Below, in pieces: positions 19,015 through 29,486 of a stretch of 64,000 nucleotides of DNA. This stretch comes from an uncultured bacterium (GTDB lineage Bacteria > Desulfobacterota_D > UBA1144 > Nemesobacterales > UBA2774). The stretch lies in assembly GCA_963705505.1 (NCBI GenBank), contig CAVPJU010000010.1, forward strand, positions 576,001-640,000, in the 5' to 3' direction. The notes beneath the pieces were generated by a model that was not told the origin of the DNA, searched no databases, and saw only the letters and a list, made by a program, of their open reading frames with translations. Positions within the stretch are counted from its first letter, which is position 1. Each line of letters opens with the position of its first letter. Position numbers and translations under genes: made by a program.

Positions 19015-20970
19015 ATGACGAGCAATTTTTCATTCAACGGTCTCAGGGTAACGGCGTTTGAAAGCCGTAGGGCAAAAGAGATAGAGAAGCTGATACTCTA
19101 CCACGGCGGGGTGCCGAGAGTAGCGCCTTCCATGAGGGAAGTCCCTCTTTCCGAATCCGCAGAAGCCGTAAAATTCGCAGGCAAACTCACCCGGGGCAAA
19201 TTCGACATAGTAATTTTTATGACCGGGGTCGGCACGCGCTCACTGGCGGAGGCTGTATCCAAAAAATACCCGCTCGATGAATTCACGAAGGCCCTCGAAA
19301 AGACTACAATCGTGGCGCGCGGCCCGAAGCCCGTAGCCGCTCTAAGGGAGCTGGGACTAAAACCGGATATCACCGTCCCCGAGCCCAACACGTGGCGTGA
19401 TGTTTTAACGACTCTCGATAACGAGCTCGGGATAAGCGGCAAAAACGTCGCCGTCCAGGAATACGGCATCTCTAATGAAGAGTTCATCAAGGAGCTTAAA
19501 AACCGGGGCGCTTATGTTACCGCGGTCCCTGTTTATAAATGGGACCTGCCCGAAGACACAAAACCGCTCCGGGAGGCTATAAGGTCGATAACCGACAGGC
19601 ACGAAGACATATCGCTCTTCACAAGCTCCCAGCAGATTTACCATTTATTCAAGATAGCTTCGGAAGAAGGCCTGGCCGACCGGCTGAAAGAGGGGTTCAA
19701 GGATGTGGCGATTGGCTCCATTGGGCCCACGACGACGGAAACGCTTACGAGGTTCGGCCTTTCCCCTGACTACGAGCCCGACAGCCCCAAGATGGGGAAC
19801 CTGATACGCGAGATGGCGAGGTGCGGGAGCGAGCTTTTGAGGAAAAAGAGAACCGCTCACAGAAACGGCGTGGACACGACCAGCTGGCACCGCGTTCAAA
19901 TGATCTGGAACGGGGACAAAGAAAAGAAAAGAAAGGAAACTACCGGCAACTCGGCTTTCATGAAAGCCTGCCGGAGAGAAAAGACCGATTTCACACCCGT
20001 CTGGCTCATGCGCCAGGCCGGCAGGTTCATGCGCGAATACAGGGAACTCCGGGCTAAGGTGTCGTTCCTCGACCTGTGCAAAACCCCGGAGCTCGCGGCG
20101 GAAGTAACCCTTAGCGCCGTCGACAGATTAGGCGTAGACGCGGCGATAATATTCTCGGATATCCTCCTCATAATCGAGCCGCTCGGAATCGAGCTCGAAT
20201 TCTCCAAAGGGGAAGGACCGAGAATCCTAAAGCCCGTCCGCTCTGGAAACGCTGTAGAGCGTCTCCGGGAATTCGACCCCGAGAGCATGAGTTTCGTATA
20301 TGACGCCGTCTCTATCACGCGCCGGGCGCTCGACCCGGAAAAGGCGCTCATCGGCTTCGCGGGCGCGCCCTTTACCGTAGCCTCCTACGTAATAGAAGGC
20401 GGGGGATCACGGAATTACGAAAACACCAAGGGGATGATGTATAGGGACCCTGAAGCATGGCATACGCTCATGGAAAAACTGACCGGCGCGATAGGGATAT
20501 ACCTCAACAGGCAGATCGCATCGGGCGCTGACACCGTTCAGCTCTTCGACAGCTGGGTCGGATGCCTGTCGCCCGACGATTACAGCGAATACGTTTTACC
20601 GCACATGAAGAAGCTCATCGGCTCCATCGCGAAAGGCGTCCCCGTGATAAACTTCGGCACCGGAACCGGAGCGCTTCTCAAGATGATGAAGGAATGCGGG
20701 AGCACGGTCATCGGCTTCGATTGGAAAGTCGATATAGCCTCAGCCTGGAAGACGGTCGGATACGACGTAGCCGTACAGGGCAACCTCGACCCTGTAGTCC
20801 TGTTCGCTTCCCCCGCCGAGATAAAAAAAAGGGCTAAGGATATTCTCGACAAGGTTTCGGGAAGGCCGGGACACATATTCAATCTCGGTCACGGCATACT
20901 CCCCCGGACTCCCGTAGACAACGTGCTCGCGCTCATAGACGCCGTTCACGAATACTCAGGCAAAGCCTGA
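19015..20970 (+). CDS. hemE: Fused uroporphyrinogen-III synthase (HemD) and uroporphyrinogen decarboxylase (HemE)
   Basis: N-half: ARGPKP, VYKW, FTSS, SIGPTT (HemD); C-half: PVWLMRQAGR, FSDIL, QGNLDP, NLGHGI (HemE); one continuous ORF. Confidence 0.92.
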   Translation: MTSNFSFNGLRVTAFESRRAKEIEKLILYHGGVPRVAPSMREVPLSESAEAVKFAGKLTRGKFDIVIFMTGVGTRSLAEAVSKKYPLDEFTKALEKTTIVARGPKPVAALRELGLKPDITVPEPNTWRDVLTTLDNELGISGKNVAVQEYGISNEEFIKELKNRGAYVTAVPVYKWDLPEDTKPLREAIRSITDRHEDISLFTSSQQIYHLFKIASEEGLADRLKEGFKDVAIGSIGPTTTETLTRFGLSPDYEPDSPKMGNLIREMARCGSELLRKKRTAHRNGVDTTSWHRVQMIWNGDKEKKRKETTGNSAFMKACRREKTDFTPVWLMRQAGRFMREYRELRAKVSFLDLCKTPELAAEVTLSAVDRLGVDAAIIFSDILLIIEPLGIELEFSKGEGPRILKPVRSGNAVERLREFDPESMSFVYDAVSITRRALDPEKALIGFAGAPFTVASYVIEGGGSRNYENTKGMMYRDPEAWHTLMEKLTGAIGIYLNRQIASGADTVQLFDSWVGCLSPDDYSEYVLPHMKKLIGSIAKGVPVINFGTGTGALLKMMKECGSTVIGFDWKVDIASAWKTVGYDVAVQGNLDPVVLFASPAEIKKRAKDILDKVSGRPGHIFNLGHGILPRTPVDNVLALIDAVHEYSGKA

Positions 20971-21007
20971 CACCGAAGACAGCTGTCATAAAGGATGATC
21001 AATATAG

Positions 21008-21940
21008 ATGCGGAATAAGTTCGACGCGATACTCCTTCTGGGATACGGAGGGCCGGAAAAACCGGAAGATATACGCCCGTTCCTCGAGCTCGTTGCGAAG
21101 GGACGGCCAATACCGAAAGAGAGGCTCGATGAGGTAGCCCACCATTACGAGCTCATTGGGGGGAGGTCCCCGATCAACGAATTTACATTTAAGCAGGCAA
21201 AGGGCCTCGAAGAAAAGCTCGAAGACGCGGGAATCGAAATTCCCGTGTTTGTCGGAATGAGGAACTGGCACCCCTTCATACCCGATACGCTCAAAGAGAT
21301 GTCCGCCCGCGGAGTCAGAAAGGCCATAGGCATGATTATGGCCGCCCACCAATGCGAAGCGAGCTGGGAAAGATACGAGATGGACGTCACGGACGCGATG
21401 GCCGAAACAGGTGTCGGGATCGAATTCAAATACACGGCGCCTCTCTTCGACCACCCGCTATTCATCGAGGACTCAGCCGACAGTGTGAAGGAATGCTTCG
21501 AGGAGATCCCTACCGGGGCAAGGAAGGACACGATGATACTTTTCTCCGCGCACAGCATTCCCGTACCGATGGCGGAAAGCTCCCCATACATAGAACAGCT
21601 CATGACCACGGCGCGTCTCATCGCGGATAAACTCAAACACGATAAATGGAGGCTCGTATATCAGAGCAGGAGCGGCCGCCCCCAGGACCCCTGGCTCGAG
21701 CCCGACGTATGCGACGTCATACGCGAGATCGCGAAAGAAGGGGTCCGGTATGCGATAGTTCAGCCGATAGGGTTCCTCTGCGACCACGTGGAGGTGCTCT
21801 TCGACATAGGGATCGAGGCCAAGGAAGCGGCGGATGAGGCGGGGATAAAACTCATCCGTGCCAAAACCGTGAATGACGACCCCAAATTCATTGCGGCGAT
21901 GGCTGACGAAGTAAAACAAACTATTGAGAGATCCGACTGA
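21008..21940 (+). CDS. hemH: Ferrochelatase
   Basis: GGRSP, FSAHSIP, YQSRSG..WLEPD and DHVEVLFD motifs. Confidence 0.93.
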   Translation: MRNKFDAILLLGYGGPEKPEDIRPFLELVAKGRPIPKERLDEVAHHYELIGGRSPINEFTFKQAKGLEEKLEDAGIEIPVFVGMRNWHPFIPDTLKEMSARGVRKAIGMIMAAHQCEASWERYEMDVTDAMAETGVGIEFKYTAPLFDHPLFIEDSADSVKECFEEIPTGARKDTMILFSAHSIPVPMAESSPYIEQLMTTARLIADKLKHDKWRLVYQSRSGRPQDPWLEPDVCDVIREIAKEGVRYAIVQPIGFLCDHVEVLFDIGIEAKEAADEAGIKLIRAKTVNDDPKFIAAMADEVKQTIERSD

Positions 21941-21991
21941 CATCTTTGTCCGTAGTACAGTTATATTCACACTTGACGAGAAAAGGACGTA

Positions 21992-22471
21992 ATGCCCGCT
22001 TACGAATTCGTGACAATCTGGCGTACCAAAGCTCCTCTGGATAAGGTATGGAATGAGATTTACTATTCGGAGAGGTGGCCCGAATGGTGGAGGGGAGTCG
22101 AAGAAGTAACCGAGCTGGTCAAGGGAGACGACCTCGGCGTCGGCAGTGTCCGCCGCTACACGTGGAAGAGCACGCTCCCCTACAGGCTCACCTTCGAGAC
22201 CGAAACCGTTCGCGTCGAGCCTATGTCGGTCATAGAAGGTATCGCCAGAGGTGAATTGGACGGCAGAGGGATATGGAATATTTCCTCAGATGGTGAGTAT
22301 ACGACAGCCAGGTACGACTGGCAGGTGGATACAACCAAGGCCTGGATGAACCTCATAGCGCCTCTCGCAAGACCTCTCTTCAAATGGAACCACGACATAG
22401 TGATGGGCTGGGGGGCGAAGGGGTTAGCCAAGAGGCTCGGTATAGCCGTAATTGAAGATAAAGGGCGCTGA
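21992..22471 (+). CDS. SRPBCC (START/polyketide cyclase-like) protein
   Basis: WPEWW, GELDGRGIW and WNHDIVM motifs. Confidence 0.85.
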   Translation: MPAYEFVTIWRTKAPLDKVWNEIYYSERWPEWWRGVEEVTELVKGDDLGVGSVRRYTWKSTLPYRLTFETETVRVEPMSVIEGIARGELDGRGIWNISSDGEYTTARYDWQVDTTKAWMNLIAPLARPLFKWNHDIVMGWGAKGLAKRLGIAVIEDKGR

Positions 22472-22495
22472 GAGTATAATCCCCTACCCTCGCAC

Positions 22496-22951
22496 ATGAA
22501 CTGCATACAGAAAGAAATCATCCTTTCCCCCAAAAAGCGCGGGTTTCACCTGGTCACCCGTGAAATCGTTCAGCGGATACCCGAGCTCTCGGAGTTTTCG
22601 CTTGGCACAGCGCATATTTTTATTTGCCATACCTCCGCTTCTCTCACGATTAACGAGAACGTCTCCCCTGAGGTGAGGGAGGACTTTGAAAGTCACTTCA
22701 ACGAATACGTCCCCGAGGAAGCGCCCTACTACCGGCACACTCTCGAAGGCCCTGACGACATGCCGGCTCACATCAAGGCCTCGATTCTGGGAAGCTCCGT
22801 GACCGTCCCCGTCAGGGACGGCGGGTTCAATGTCGGCACATGGCAGGGTATCTACCTATGCGAGCACCGCAACGACGGCGGGCCGAGGAAGTTGATCGTA
22901 ACGATTATAGGGGAGAGGGAAGTCAAAATGAGATGCAGAAAAGTGATATGA
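22496..22951 (+). CDS. yjbQ: YjbQ/UPF0047 family protein
   Basis: HTSASLTINEN, DMPAHIK and GTWQGIYLCEHR motifs. Confidence 0.92.
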   Translation: MNCIQKEIILSPKKRGFHLVTREIVQRIPELSEFSLGTAHIFICHTSASLTINENVSPEVREDFESHFNEYVPEEAPYYRHTLEGPDDMPAHIKASILGSSVTVPVRDGGFNVGTWQGIYLCEHRNDGGPRKLIVTIIGEREVKMRCRKVI

Positions 22952-22975
22952 CTGGTATGAATCGACTGGCTGAAT

Positions 22976-23320
22976 TTATCTCCTGCCTATTAAAAACCCG
23001 GCAAGAAACCCGACCGCCAGCAGTGCCGCAAGCTTTCTCCCACTCGTGCAGGGAATGAAACGAGTGCCCTCTTCGGTCACTTCGATTACCCCCACGGGCT
23101 TTGCCCTGACTCCGGCGCCCGCCCCTCCGCCTTCCCTATCAGACCCATCTTTTTTATCTTCCTTTTGTTCGCCGTAGCCTGCGCCGAAACCGTACATGAC
23201 CTTTGCGACGGGGATGATCGTCTTCCCCTGCGCCTCTATCGGCTCGCCGTACACCGCCTTAACGCTCGCTCCCCCGTGAAGCCGCTCTGAAAGAGAATCG
23301 AAAAAATCCTTTATGCTCAT
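22976..23320 (-). CDS. YtfJ/GerW family protein
   Basis: VYGEPI..TIIPVAKV.YGFGAG..GGGAG..PVGVI. Confidence 0.85.
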   Translation of the reverse strand: MSIKDFFDSLSERLHGGASVKAVYGEPIEAQGKTIIPVAKVMYGFGAGYGEQKEDKKDGSDREGGGAGAGVRAKPVGVIEVTEEGTRFIPCTSGRKLAALLAVGFLAGFLIGRR

Positions 23321-23553
23321 TAGCAGTCCCCCCTTACCACGATTAGAAATGCCTTTCGGGTCACGATCTCAGTAAAATCCGCATCACCCTGATAAATGAA
23401 TAGTTTAGTAAGAAATACGGATTATGTAAATCAGGGCCATTACTACCTCGGAAAATTGTGTTAATTCAGTTGTTAAAGAGCCGGTCGAACAGTATAGTTA
23501 ATACCGTCTTAAAATTATAAATACAGCGGAATATAACATCTTTCGGAGTATCC

Positions 23554-24774
23554 ATGGCTGAAATAACACGAAGCAAAACACGGGTCAGGGGATTCGAGAA
23601 TGAGGAAATGGACTTTCAGCTAATACGGCAGATGGGCTCTTCCTCATTCGGAGGAGCCTCGGTCGGCGAATGCCTCTCCGCAGCAGCGCGCATTAAAGAC
23701 GGAGATCCCGGAAGCTGGGTGGACGAATTCGCGAAGCTCGCCGAGTGGCAGCAGAAGGACGCGCACAAGCGCGCATCCAAGGGACACACAACGAGTGCCC
23801 GCGACCAGTTTTTAAAAGCCTCTAATTCCTTCCGCGCCGCCGAGTATTACACGAGCCCGCTCGACCCGAGGCACAGGGAGTTAGGATTAAAAGCCCGCGA
23901 CTGTTTCATCGAAGCCATGAAATACGTCTGGCACACGTTCGAGGAGCAGATGCTGACCTATAAAAACATCGAGCTCCCCGTCTACATAATGAGCCCGAGC
24001 CCGGAAGCGCAGAAGAGAAAGACCCTTCTCATAGTGAGCGGGTTCGACGGCACGCTCGAGGAGGAGTATCTGATGCACGGGTACCCTGCGGTCGAGAGGG
24101 GATATAATGTCATACTCTACGCGGGTCCGGGGCAGATGGACCTCTACCGGTTCTTTTCGAATACACATTTCGAGCCCGATTTCGAGAACGTGACCAAAAC
24201 GGTAATTGACTTTATCGCCGACAGACCGGAAACAGACCCCGCCAGGCTTGCGCTCATGGGCATAAGCGTAGGCGGATATTTCTCGGCAAGGTCCGCAGCG
24301 CACGAGCCCAGGATAAAAGCCCTGATCCCGAATTCCCCCATATTAAACCTGCACGATTACCTGAGCGCGTTTATCGGATACGACCCCGCCGAGATACCGG
24401 ACGACCAGAATTTCACATTAGAGGATATACCCAATATTCCGGACGATTTTTTCCCTCCGGAAGCGAAATCGAGGACAATAAACCTGATGGTGCGCTACGG
24501 ACAGCCCACGTTCAGGGATACGTTCATTTATCTGAGGGAATTCGTCGTCGGAGACGCGATCAAGAACATCAAATGTCCCAGCCTGGCGCTCGAAGGCTCA
24601 GGTGAGGGCGGAGAGCCGGAGAAGCAATTCAATGAGTTCGCTGAAAAGGTCTCGGGACCGGTCACGAAATATCAATTTACGGAATTCGAAGGGGCCGACA
24701 CACACTGTCAGGTTGGCAACCCCTCTTATGCCGCGGCAGTCGCTCTGGACTGGCTTGACGAGGTTTTGGATTGA
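23554..24774 (+). CDS. Alpha/beta hydrolase (FrsA/2,6-dihydroxypseudooxynicotine hydrolase-like)
   Basis: GASVGEC, SGFDGT, nucleophile elbow GISVGG and HCQVGN. Confidence 0.85.
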   Translation: MAEITRSKTRVRGFENEEMDFQLIRQMGSSSFGGASVGECLSAAARIKDGDPGSWVDEFAKLAEWQQKDAHKRASKGHTTSARDQFLKASNSFRAAEYYTSPLDPRHRELGLKARDCFIEAMKYVWHTFEEQMLTYKNIELPVYIMSPSPEAQKRKTLLIVSGFDGTLEEEYLMHGYPAVERGYNVILYAGPGQMDLYRFFSNTHFEPDFENVTKTVIDFIADRPETDPARLALMGISVGGYFSARSAAHEPRIKALIPNSPILNLHDYLSAFIGYDPAEIPDDQNFTLEDIPNIPDDFFPPEAKSRTINLMVRYGQPTFRDTFIYLREFVVGDAIKNIKCPSLALEGSGEGGEPEKQFNEFAEKVSGPVTKYQFTEFEGADTHCQVGNPSYAAAVALDWLDEVLD

Positions 24775-24815
24775 CCGCATTGCGAATGTGAAATTTAATT
24801 CCAAGTGAGGGATAT

Positions 24816-25181
24816 ATGATTTTAGATCACATCGGCATACCCGTAAGCAATTTCGCAAGATCAAAAGACTTTTACACAAAAGTCCTAAAATCTCTTAATT
24901 GCGGGCTCATTATGGAAGTAGAGGGAGCCGCGGGATTCGGCACGAAAGGAAAGCCTGAATTCTGGTTCGGCGAAGCTCCCGTCCACGACAAGGTTCATAT
25001 CGCTTTTGCAGCGAGGAACAGGGAGCAGGTAAGAAAATTTTATGAAGCCGCTCTTGCAGCCGGAGGAAAAGACAACGGACCGCCCGGAATTAGGGAACAT
25101 TATCACCCGAACTACTACGGGGCTTTCGTTTTCGATCCCGACGGGCACAACATCGAAGCCGTCTGCCACGACCCCGAGTAG
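24816..25181 (+). CDS. VOC/glyoxalase family protein
   Basis: LDHIGI, HIAFAA and YYGAFVFDPDGHNIEAV motifs. Confidence 0.92.
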   Translation: MILDHIGIPVSNFARSKDFYTKVLKSLNCGLIMEVEGAAGFGTKGKPEFWFGEAPVHDKVHIAFAARNREQVRKFYEAALAAGGKDNGPPGIREHYHPNYYGAFVFDPDGHNIEAVCHDPE

Positions 25182-25290
25182 TAATGCTATAAAACAAAAC
25201 TGCTAAAATCAGAACCCAACTGAGGAACGAATTAAATTTTAATTGACGCAGAGGAGGGTACACTTTATAAAAACATCGAGCGAGCTCTTT

Positions 25291-26137
25291 ATGAAGCACA
25301 TCAAAATCACTCCGCACAGCTATCATATTCTTTTAGCACTGGTCTTCGCCGCATCCGGTTTTTTCTTCGTTAATAACGAACATGCCCAAGCCGGCCCGGA
25401 GAAAAACATGCCAGAGATAATAAAGCTCGGGAAATGGACAGAGGGCGGTCTTACGGAAATTATGGTCGAATCCTCAAAACTCGGGAGCGCGGGCGAAAGG
25501 ATAAATTTTATATCCGAGAAATTTCTGGGCACCCCTTACGTGGGCTCGACACTCACAGGGAGCGTAAATACGCCCGAGGTCTTTACAATCGACCTCGAAG
25601 GTATGGACTGTTTCACATTCATAGATTACGTCGAATCGATGAGCCTTTCCCGGTCGTTCCCGGAATTCAAAGACACGCTCAGGAAGATAAGGTACCGCGA
25701 CGGCGTGGTCGCGTTTCGGAACAGGAACCATTTCTTCTCTGACTGGCCCCTCTATAATTATGAGTATATCGAGGACGTGACCTCCGCGATCGGCGGAGAT
25801 AAAGCGATAGGAGTCTCGAAAAATCTCAACCGTAAGAAGGACGGCACGTATTACCTGCCCGGAATCCCCGTAATAAACCGGACGATCCATTATATACCGT
25901 CGCCTGCTCTCGATAATGTCGTAATGAGCAAGTCTGCAGACAGGGGACTACGCCGGCATCTACACGGATAAAGAAGGACTCGACGTTTCCCACACGGGGA
26001 TAATCATCAGGAAAGGCGGCGTAGTCTTTTTAAGACACGCCTCCTCGAAGGAAAAGAATCAAAAAGTAGTCGATGAAGTGCTCAGCGAGTACATGCAAAA
26101 TAAACCGGGACTGGTCATTTACAGACCGGTCAAATGA
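25291..26137 (+). CDS. DUF1460 (NlpC/P60-like amidase) protein, frameshifted near 25933
   Basis: FLGTPY, DCFTFIDYV, RNHFFSDW; the C-terminus LQTGDYAGIY..GLDVSHTG..HASS..YRPVK* continues in the +1 frame. Confidence 0.85.
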
Positions 26138-26147
26138 GAGACATAAA

Positions 26148-26813
26148 TTGAATCCCGAAGACCTGGTTCTGGAAGCGACGGATTATTATTACAAAGGCGA
26201 ATTCGAGCGCGCGATCGAAGCCCTCGATAAAGCGATCGAGCTCGAACCCGGATTCGCGGAGGCCTGGTACAACAAGGGGATAACGTTTTCCGTCATGGGG
26301 CTCGTGGAAGATGAAATCAGCGCTTACGATAACGCGTTGAGAATAAATCCGCAGTATGCCGAGGCATGGAATAACAAAGCTTCCGCACTCGGGAGAATGG
26401 GAAGATACGAGGAGGCTCTCGAAGCAGCCGGGAAGGCGGTGGAATTAAACCCGGGGTTTCCCGTAGCCTGGTGCAACAAGGGAGCCGCCCTCAGCGGACT
26501 CGGTCAAGAGCTCGAAGCAATCGAGGCATACGACAAGGCAATAGCAATACAGCCGAACTATATCGAAGCATGGTATAACAAGGCGGTGTCACTGCACAAC
26601 CTCGATAAGCACAAAGGCGCGCTCAAGGCCTACGACAGGACGCTCGAGCTCGATCCCGGCTATCCCGACGCTCTCTATAACCGGGCGGGGCTGCTCGTCA
26701 AAACCGGTGAGAGGGAAAAAGCCGCTTCCGACCTGAAACGGGCTATAGAGCTCGAGCCGCTACTCAAAGAAAAGGCACTATCGGATGACGAGCTAAAGAC
26801 CCTGCTCTCTTAA
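26148..26813 (+). CDS. TPR repeat protein
   Basis: About five 34-aa AWYNKG/AWNNKA repeats; TTG start just after the DUF1460 stop. Confidence 0.88.
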   Translation: MNPEDLVLEATDYYYKGEFERAIEALDKAIELEPGFAEAWYNKGITFSVMGLVEDEISAYDNALRINPQYAEAWNNKASALGRMGRYEEALEAAGKAVELNPGFPVAWCNKGAALSGLGQELEAIEAYDKAIAIQPNYIEAWYNKAVSLHNLDKHKGALKAYDRTLELDPGYPDALYNRAGLLVKTGEREKAASDLKRAIELEPLLKEKALSDDELKTLLS

Positions 26814-26883
26814 TCAAAACTATTATTTTCAATAAAAGATGCTAACATTATCGTTCCCACACGGATTATAGAGGAGGCACATT

Positions 26884-27306
26884 ATGGCCATTAACGCAAA
26901 AGAGCTCACAGACCTCTCGAAAGAGAGTATGAAAGCCAGGTTAAACCTCGATAAAATTCTCGATTTTGTCGACCTCATAAACAAAAACTCCGAAGAGCTA
27001 GAAGGAGAGATGATCCAGGCTTGCGAAGGGATAAAGGAGCTTGCCGAAAAGATAGGCCCCTACATCGACGAGATTAAAAACCGGATAGAAACGCAGCTCG
27101 ATAAAATACCTGTCGACCCGGAAGAGACCAAAGACGCGGCCGAGAAGCTCTTTCTTTATCACGGAACCATACATCAAGTCATATCTTGGGCGGACGTTCA
27201 AAAGAACGCTCACAAGCCAAACTCTTACTGGTGGCGTTACTGGGTGGACGTGCTTGAGAATGTCATGCAGATGGAAGTTGCGAAACAGGCGGGAAATAAA
27301 GAATAA
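26884..27306 (+). CDS. Hypothetical helical protein
   Basis: GAGGAGG RBS and a clean ORF. Confidence 0.75.
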   Translation: MAINAKELTDLSKESMKARLNLDKILDFVDLINKNSEELEGEMIQACEGIKELAEKIGPYIDEIKNRIETQLDKIPVDPEETKDAAEKLFLYHGTIHQVISWADVQKNAHKPNSYWWRYWVDVLENVMQMEVAKQAGNKE

Positions 27307-27509
27307 TACGCAGCATAAGCATCTCCTCTCTTTTTTTATTGTCGCCGCATCCGAATCGTGGATATTGAAGTTAAATTAGCGAGGAGGGCTTCCCACTTTC
27401 CGCCCACGGCGTCCGGTCCCCTCCCCTCGTTAATCACTTCACCGCCCGTGCCTCCCGCAGATGCCAAGAATATAAAAACGGCAAGCATGGATAACGCGGA
27501 TAATCCGGA

Positions 27510-28487
27510 TTAGTTCTCATTTCCGGAAATGAATTCCTCCGCTAACTTAAGCACATCCTCCGCACAGCCCCAGGAGAGCGTGAACCCTCCGCCGCCGTGC
27601 CCGTAATTATGTATTACAGTCCCGCCGCCCGGGAGCTTTTCAGGCTCGAGCCTGACCTCATTCCTTCCCGGACGGAGCCCGACTCTATGCCCGAGGACCT
27701 CCGCGTCGGCTAATGCGGGCTCAATCGCTATGCACTTATTTATAATTTTATCCGCGGTGTCGGGATCGACTTTGAGGCTCCAGTCATTTTCTTCCGCTGT
27801 CCCGCCGAGAATGCAATCCTCGTTCCTGGGGACTATGTAGATAGGCGCGAGCCTGCCCGATTCGACACTGATAATGCGCTCTAAGCCAATATTCCTCACC
27901 CTCACTATCTGCCCGCGGATCGGGAATGTATTTACGTCGTGACATAAGTTCCCCGAGCCGAGGCCCGTGCAATTAATGAGGAGAACCCCGTCCCCGGATA
28001 GCTCATCGAATGAATCCGCTTCCCTATTCAGCTTTTCTATTTCCCCGCCCAATTCGGCAAATCTATGCAGAAGATACCGCATATAAACGGGGGTTTCTAT
28101 GCGCGGGACTTCAGTGACGAACCCGTCTACATATCCTGGGGGAAGCTCGCCGGGCCCGGCTCTGCGGAAGGACTTCACAGCCGGCTTCCAGAAGGGTTCG
28201 TCCACATGCTGGTCGAATATTTTAAGCAGCCCGGACATCGAGATACCGCTTCCGGACTGGAGGCTCAGCTCCAGGAATTTTATATATGAAAACGCCGCCC
28301 ATTTAAGGACCTTGTCCCGGGGCGCGACCTTATATGGATACCAGTATGCGGGGGCCACGTCCGACGTCGTGTGGGGAGGAAGAGAATAGGCCGCGATCCT
28401 GACATCAAATCCGTTTTCGAGGAGTCTGATACCCGAAGTCAGACCCGACACGCCGGAGCCTAAAATAATCGCTCTTTTGTCTCTCAT
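27510..28487 (-). CDS. D-amino acid oxidase family FAD oxidoreductase
   Basis: GSGVSG, INCTGLG, RGQ, GLRPGR and HNYGHGGGG motifs. Confidence 0.92.
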   Translation of the reverse strand: MRDKRAIILGSGVSGLTSGIRLLENGFDVRIAAYSLPPHTTSDVAPAYWYPYKVAPRDKVLKWAAFSYIKFLELSLQSGSGISMSGLLKIFDQHVDEPFWKPAVKSFRRAGPGELPPGYVDGFVTEVPRIETPVYMRYLLHRFAELGGEIEKLNREADSFDELSGDGVLLINCTGLGSGNLCHDVNTFPIRGQIVRVRNIGLERIISVESGRLAPIYIVPRNEDCILGGTAEENDWSLKVDPDTADKIINKCIAIEPALADAEVLGHRVGLRPGRNEVRLEPEKLPGGGTVIHNYGHGGGGFTLSWGCAEDVLKLAEEFISGNEN

Positions 28488-28494
28488 AGCTTAA

Positions 28495-29292
28495 CTATTT
28501 TCCCTCCCTCGCCTGCCTCACCATTTCCACTATTATTTCCCTCGCCTGTTCCTTGCTCCCCGCTTCCCTTATAAAACCTATCCGCCGGCTGAATACTTCA
28601 GAGCCTGATTTAAGGCGCACTTGGAAACCGAGCCTGTCAACGGACGTCATCGCGGCTTCCTCGGCTTCCACCCCGGCAAACTTCTTTGCGAGCAGTAAGA
28701 CGGCCCCACTATGGTCTTCGTTCATATGCCTGATTATCCCCTGAGAGTCATCCGCGAGGGGATCGACTTTTGCCCCGTAATAATCCTCAGCAGTCACCCA
28801 CCCCATCGCACCGAAACCGCCTACGAAATATATATCGGCAACCTCCATTCGGAAGAAAAAGAAATCATCGAAGTCGACCCAGTAGCTCGCGTTCCTGTAG
28901 CGTGAGAGATAGAGCTCCCTCGCCTCGCGAAGCTCGTTTTCAGGGACTTTCGATACCTCGCCCATGAGTGTAACCCTTGAGGCATCGAGCGGGTCTCCCT
29001 GTGTGTTGGTCTCCGATATAAAGAGGCTGGCACGTGGGTCGCGCTCTATATTCTGAGTATGCACAGCCATAGTGCTTATAAGGAAAATCGGGCGGCCTCT
29101 CCCGTCAAGACCATAGGGCATGAGTGAGCCGAAGGGTGAGCCTGGGTGCTTCTTCGAATTCGTCGAGAGCGTCCCCGTCCTGCTCCTGTAAACGAGGGTC
29201 CTCACCCGCTCCGCATACGAAGGCTCGGGCGGGGTCTCACGGCCGCCTGAAGAAGACGTCCATCCATGCTGTTTCGATTGGGGTTTAGACAC
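28495..29292 (-). CDS. HugZ-like split-barrel protein (PNPOx-like plus DUF2470)
   Basis: PFGSLMPY, HTQNI..DPRASL, VGGFG and HMNEDH motifs. Confidence 0.88.
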   Translation of the reverse strand: MSKPQSKQHGWTSSSGGRETPPEPSYAERVRTLVYRSRTGTLSTNSKKHPGSPFGSLMPYGLDGRGRPIFLISTMAVHTQNIERDPRASLFISETNTQGDPLDASRVTLMGEVSKVPENELREARELYLSRYRNASYWVDFDDFFFFRMEVADIYFVGGFGAMGWVTAEDYYGAKVDPLADDSQGIIRHMNEDHSGAVLLLAKKFAGVEAEEAAMTSVDRLGFQVRLKSGSEVFSRRIGFIREAGSKEQAREIIVEMVRQAREGK

Positions 29293-29486
29293 TTTAATTT
29301 TCTCCTGCGATATCCGAGTCTGTTAAGATTGTCCTTACAGAATCCTGGACCGTCTGTCATCGTTTAAACACTTCATTCTTTTGAAACCCGAGTAAAATTA
29401 TACCTCACCGCAACAACCTGTTTCTCTCAGGCTGTATTTTCCCCGCTTTTCCGTAACTTTATTTTATTTGATTATAATATCAGCCC

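Noticed and set aside
27367..27440. Long imperfect hairpin as a possible ncRNA
   Set aside because: It lies between convergent genes and matches no family I recognise; a terminator or stability hairpin is the simpler explanation
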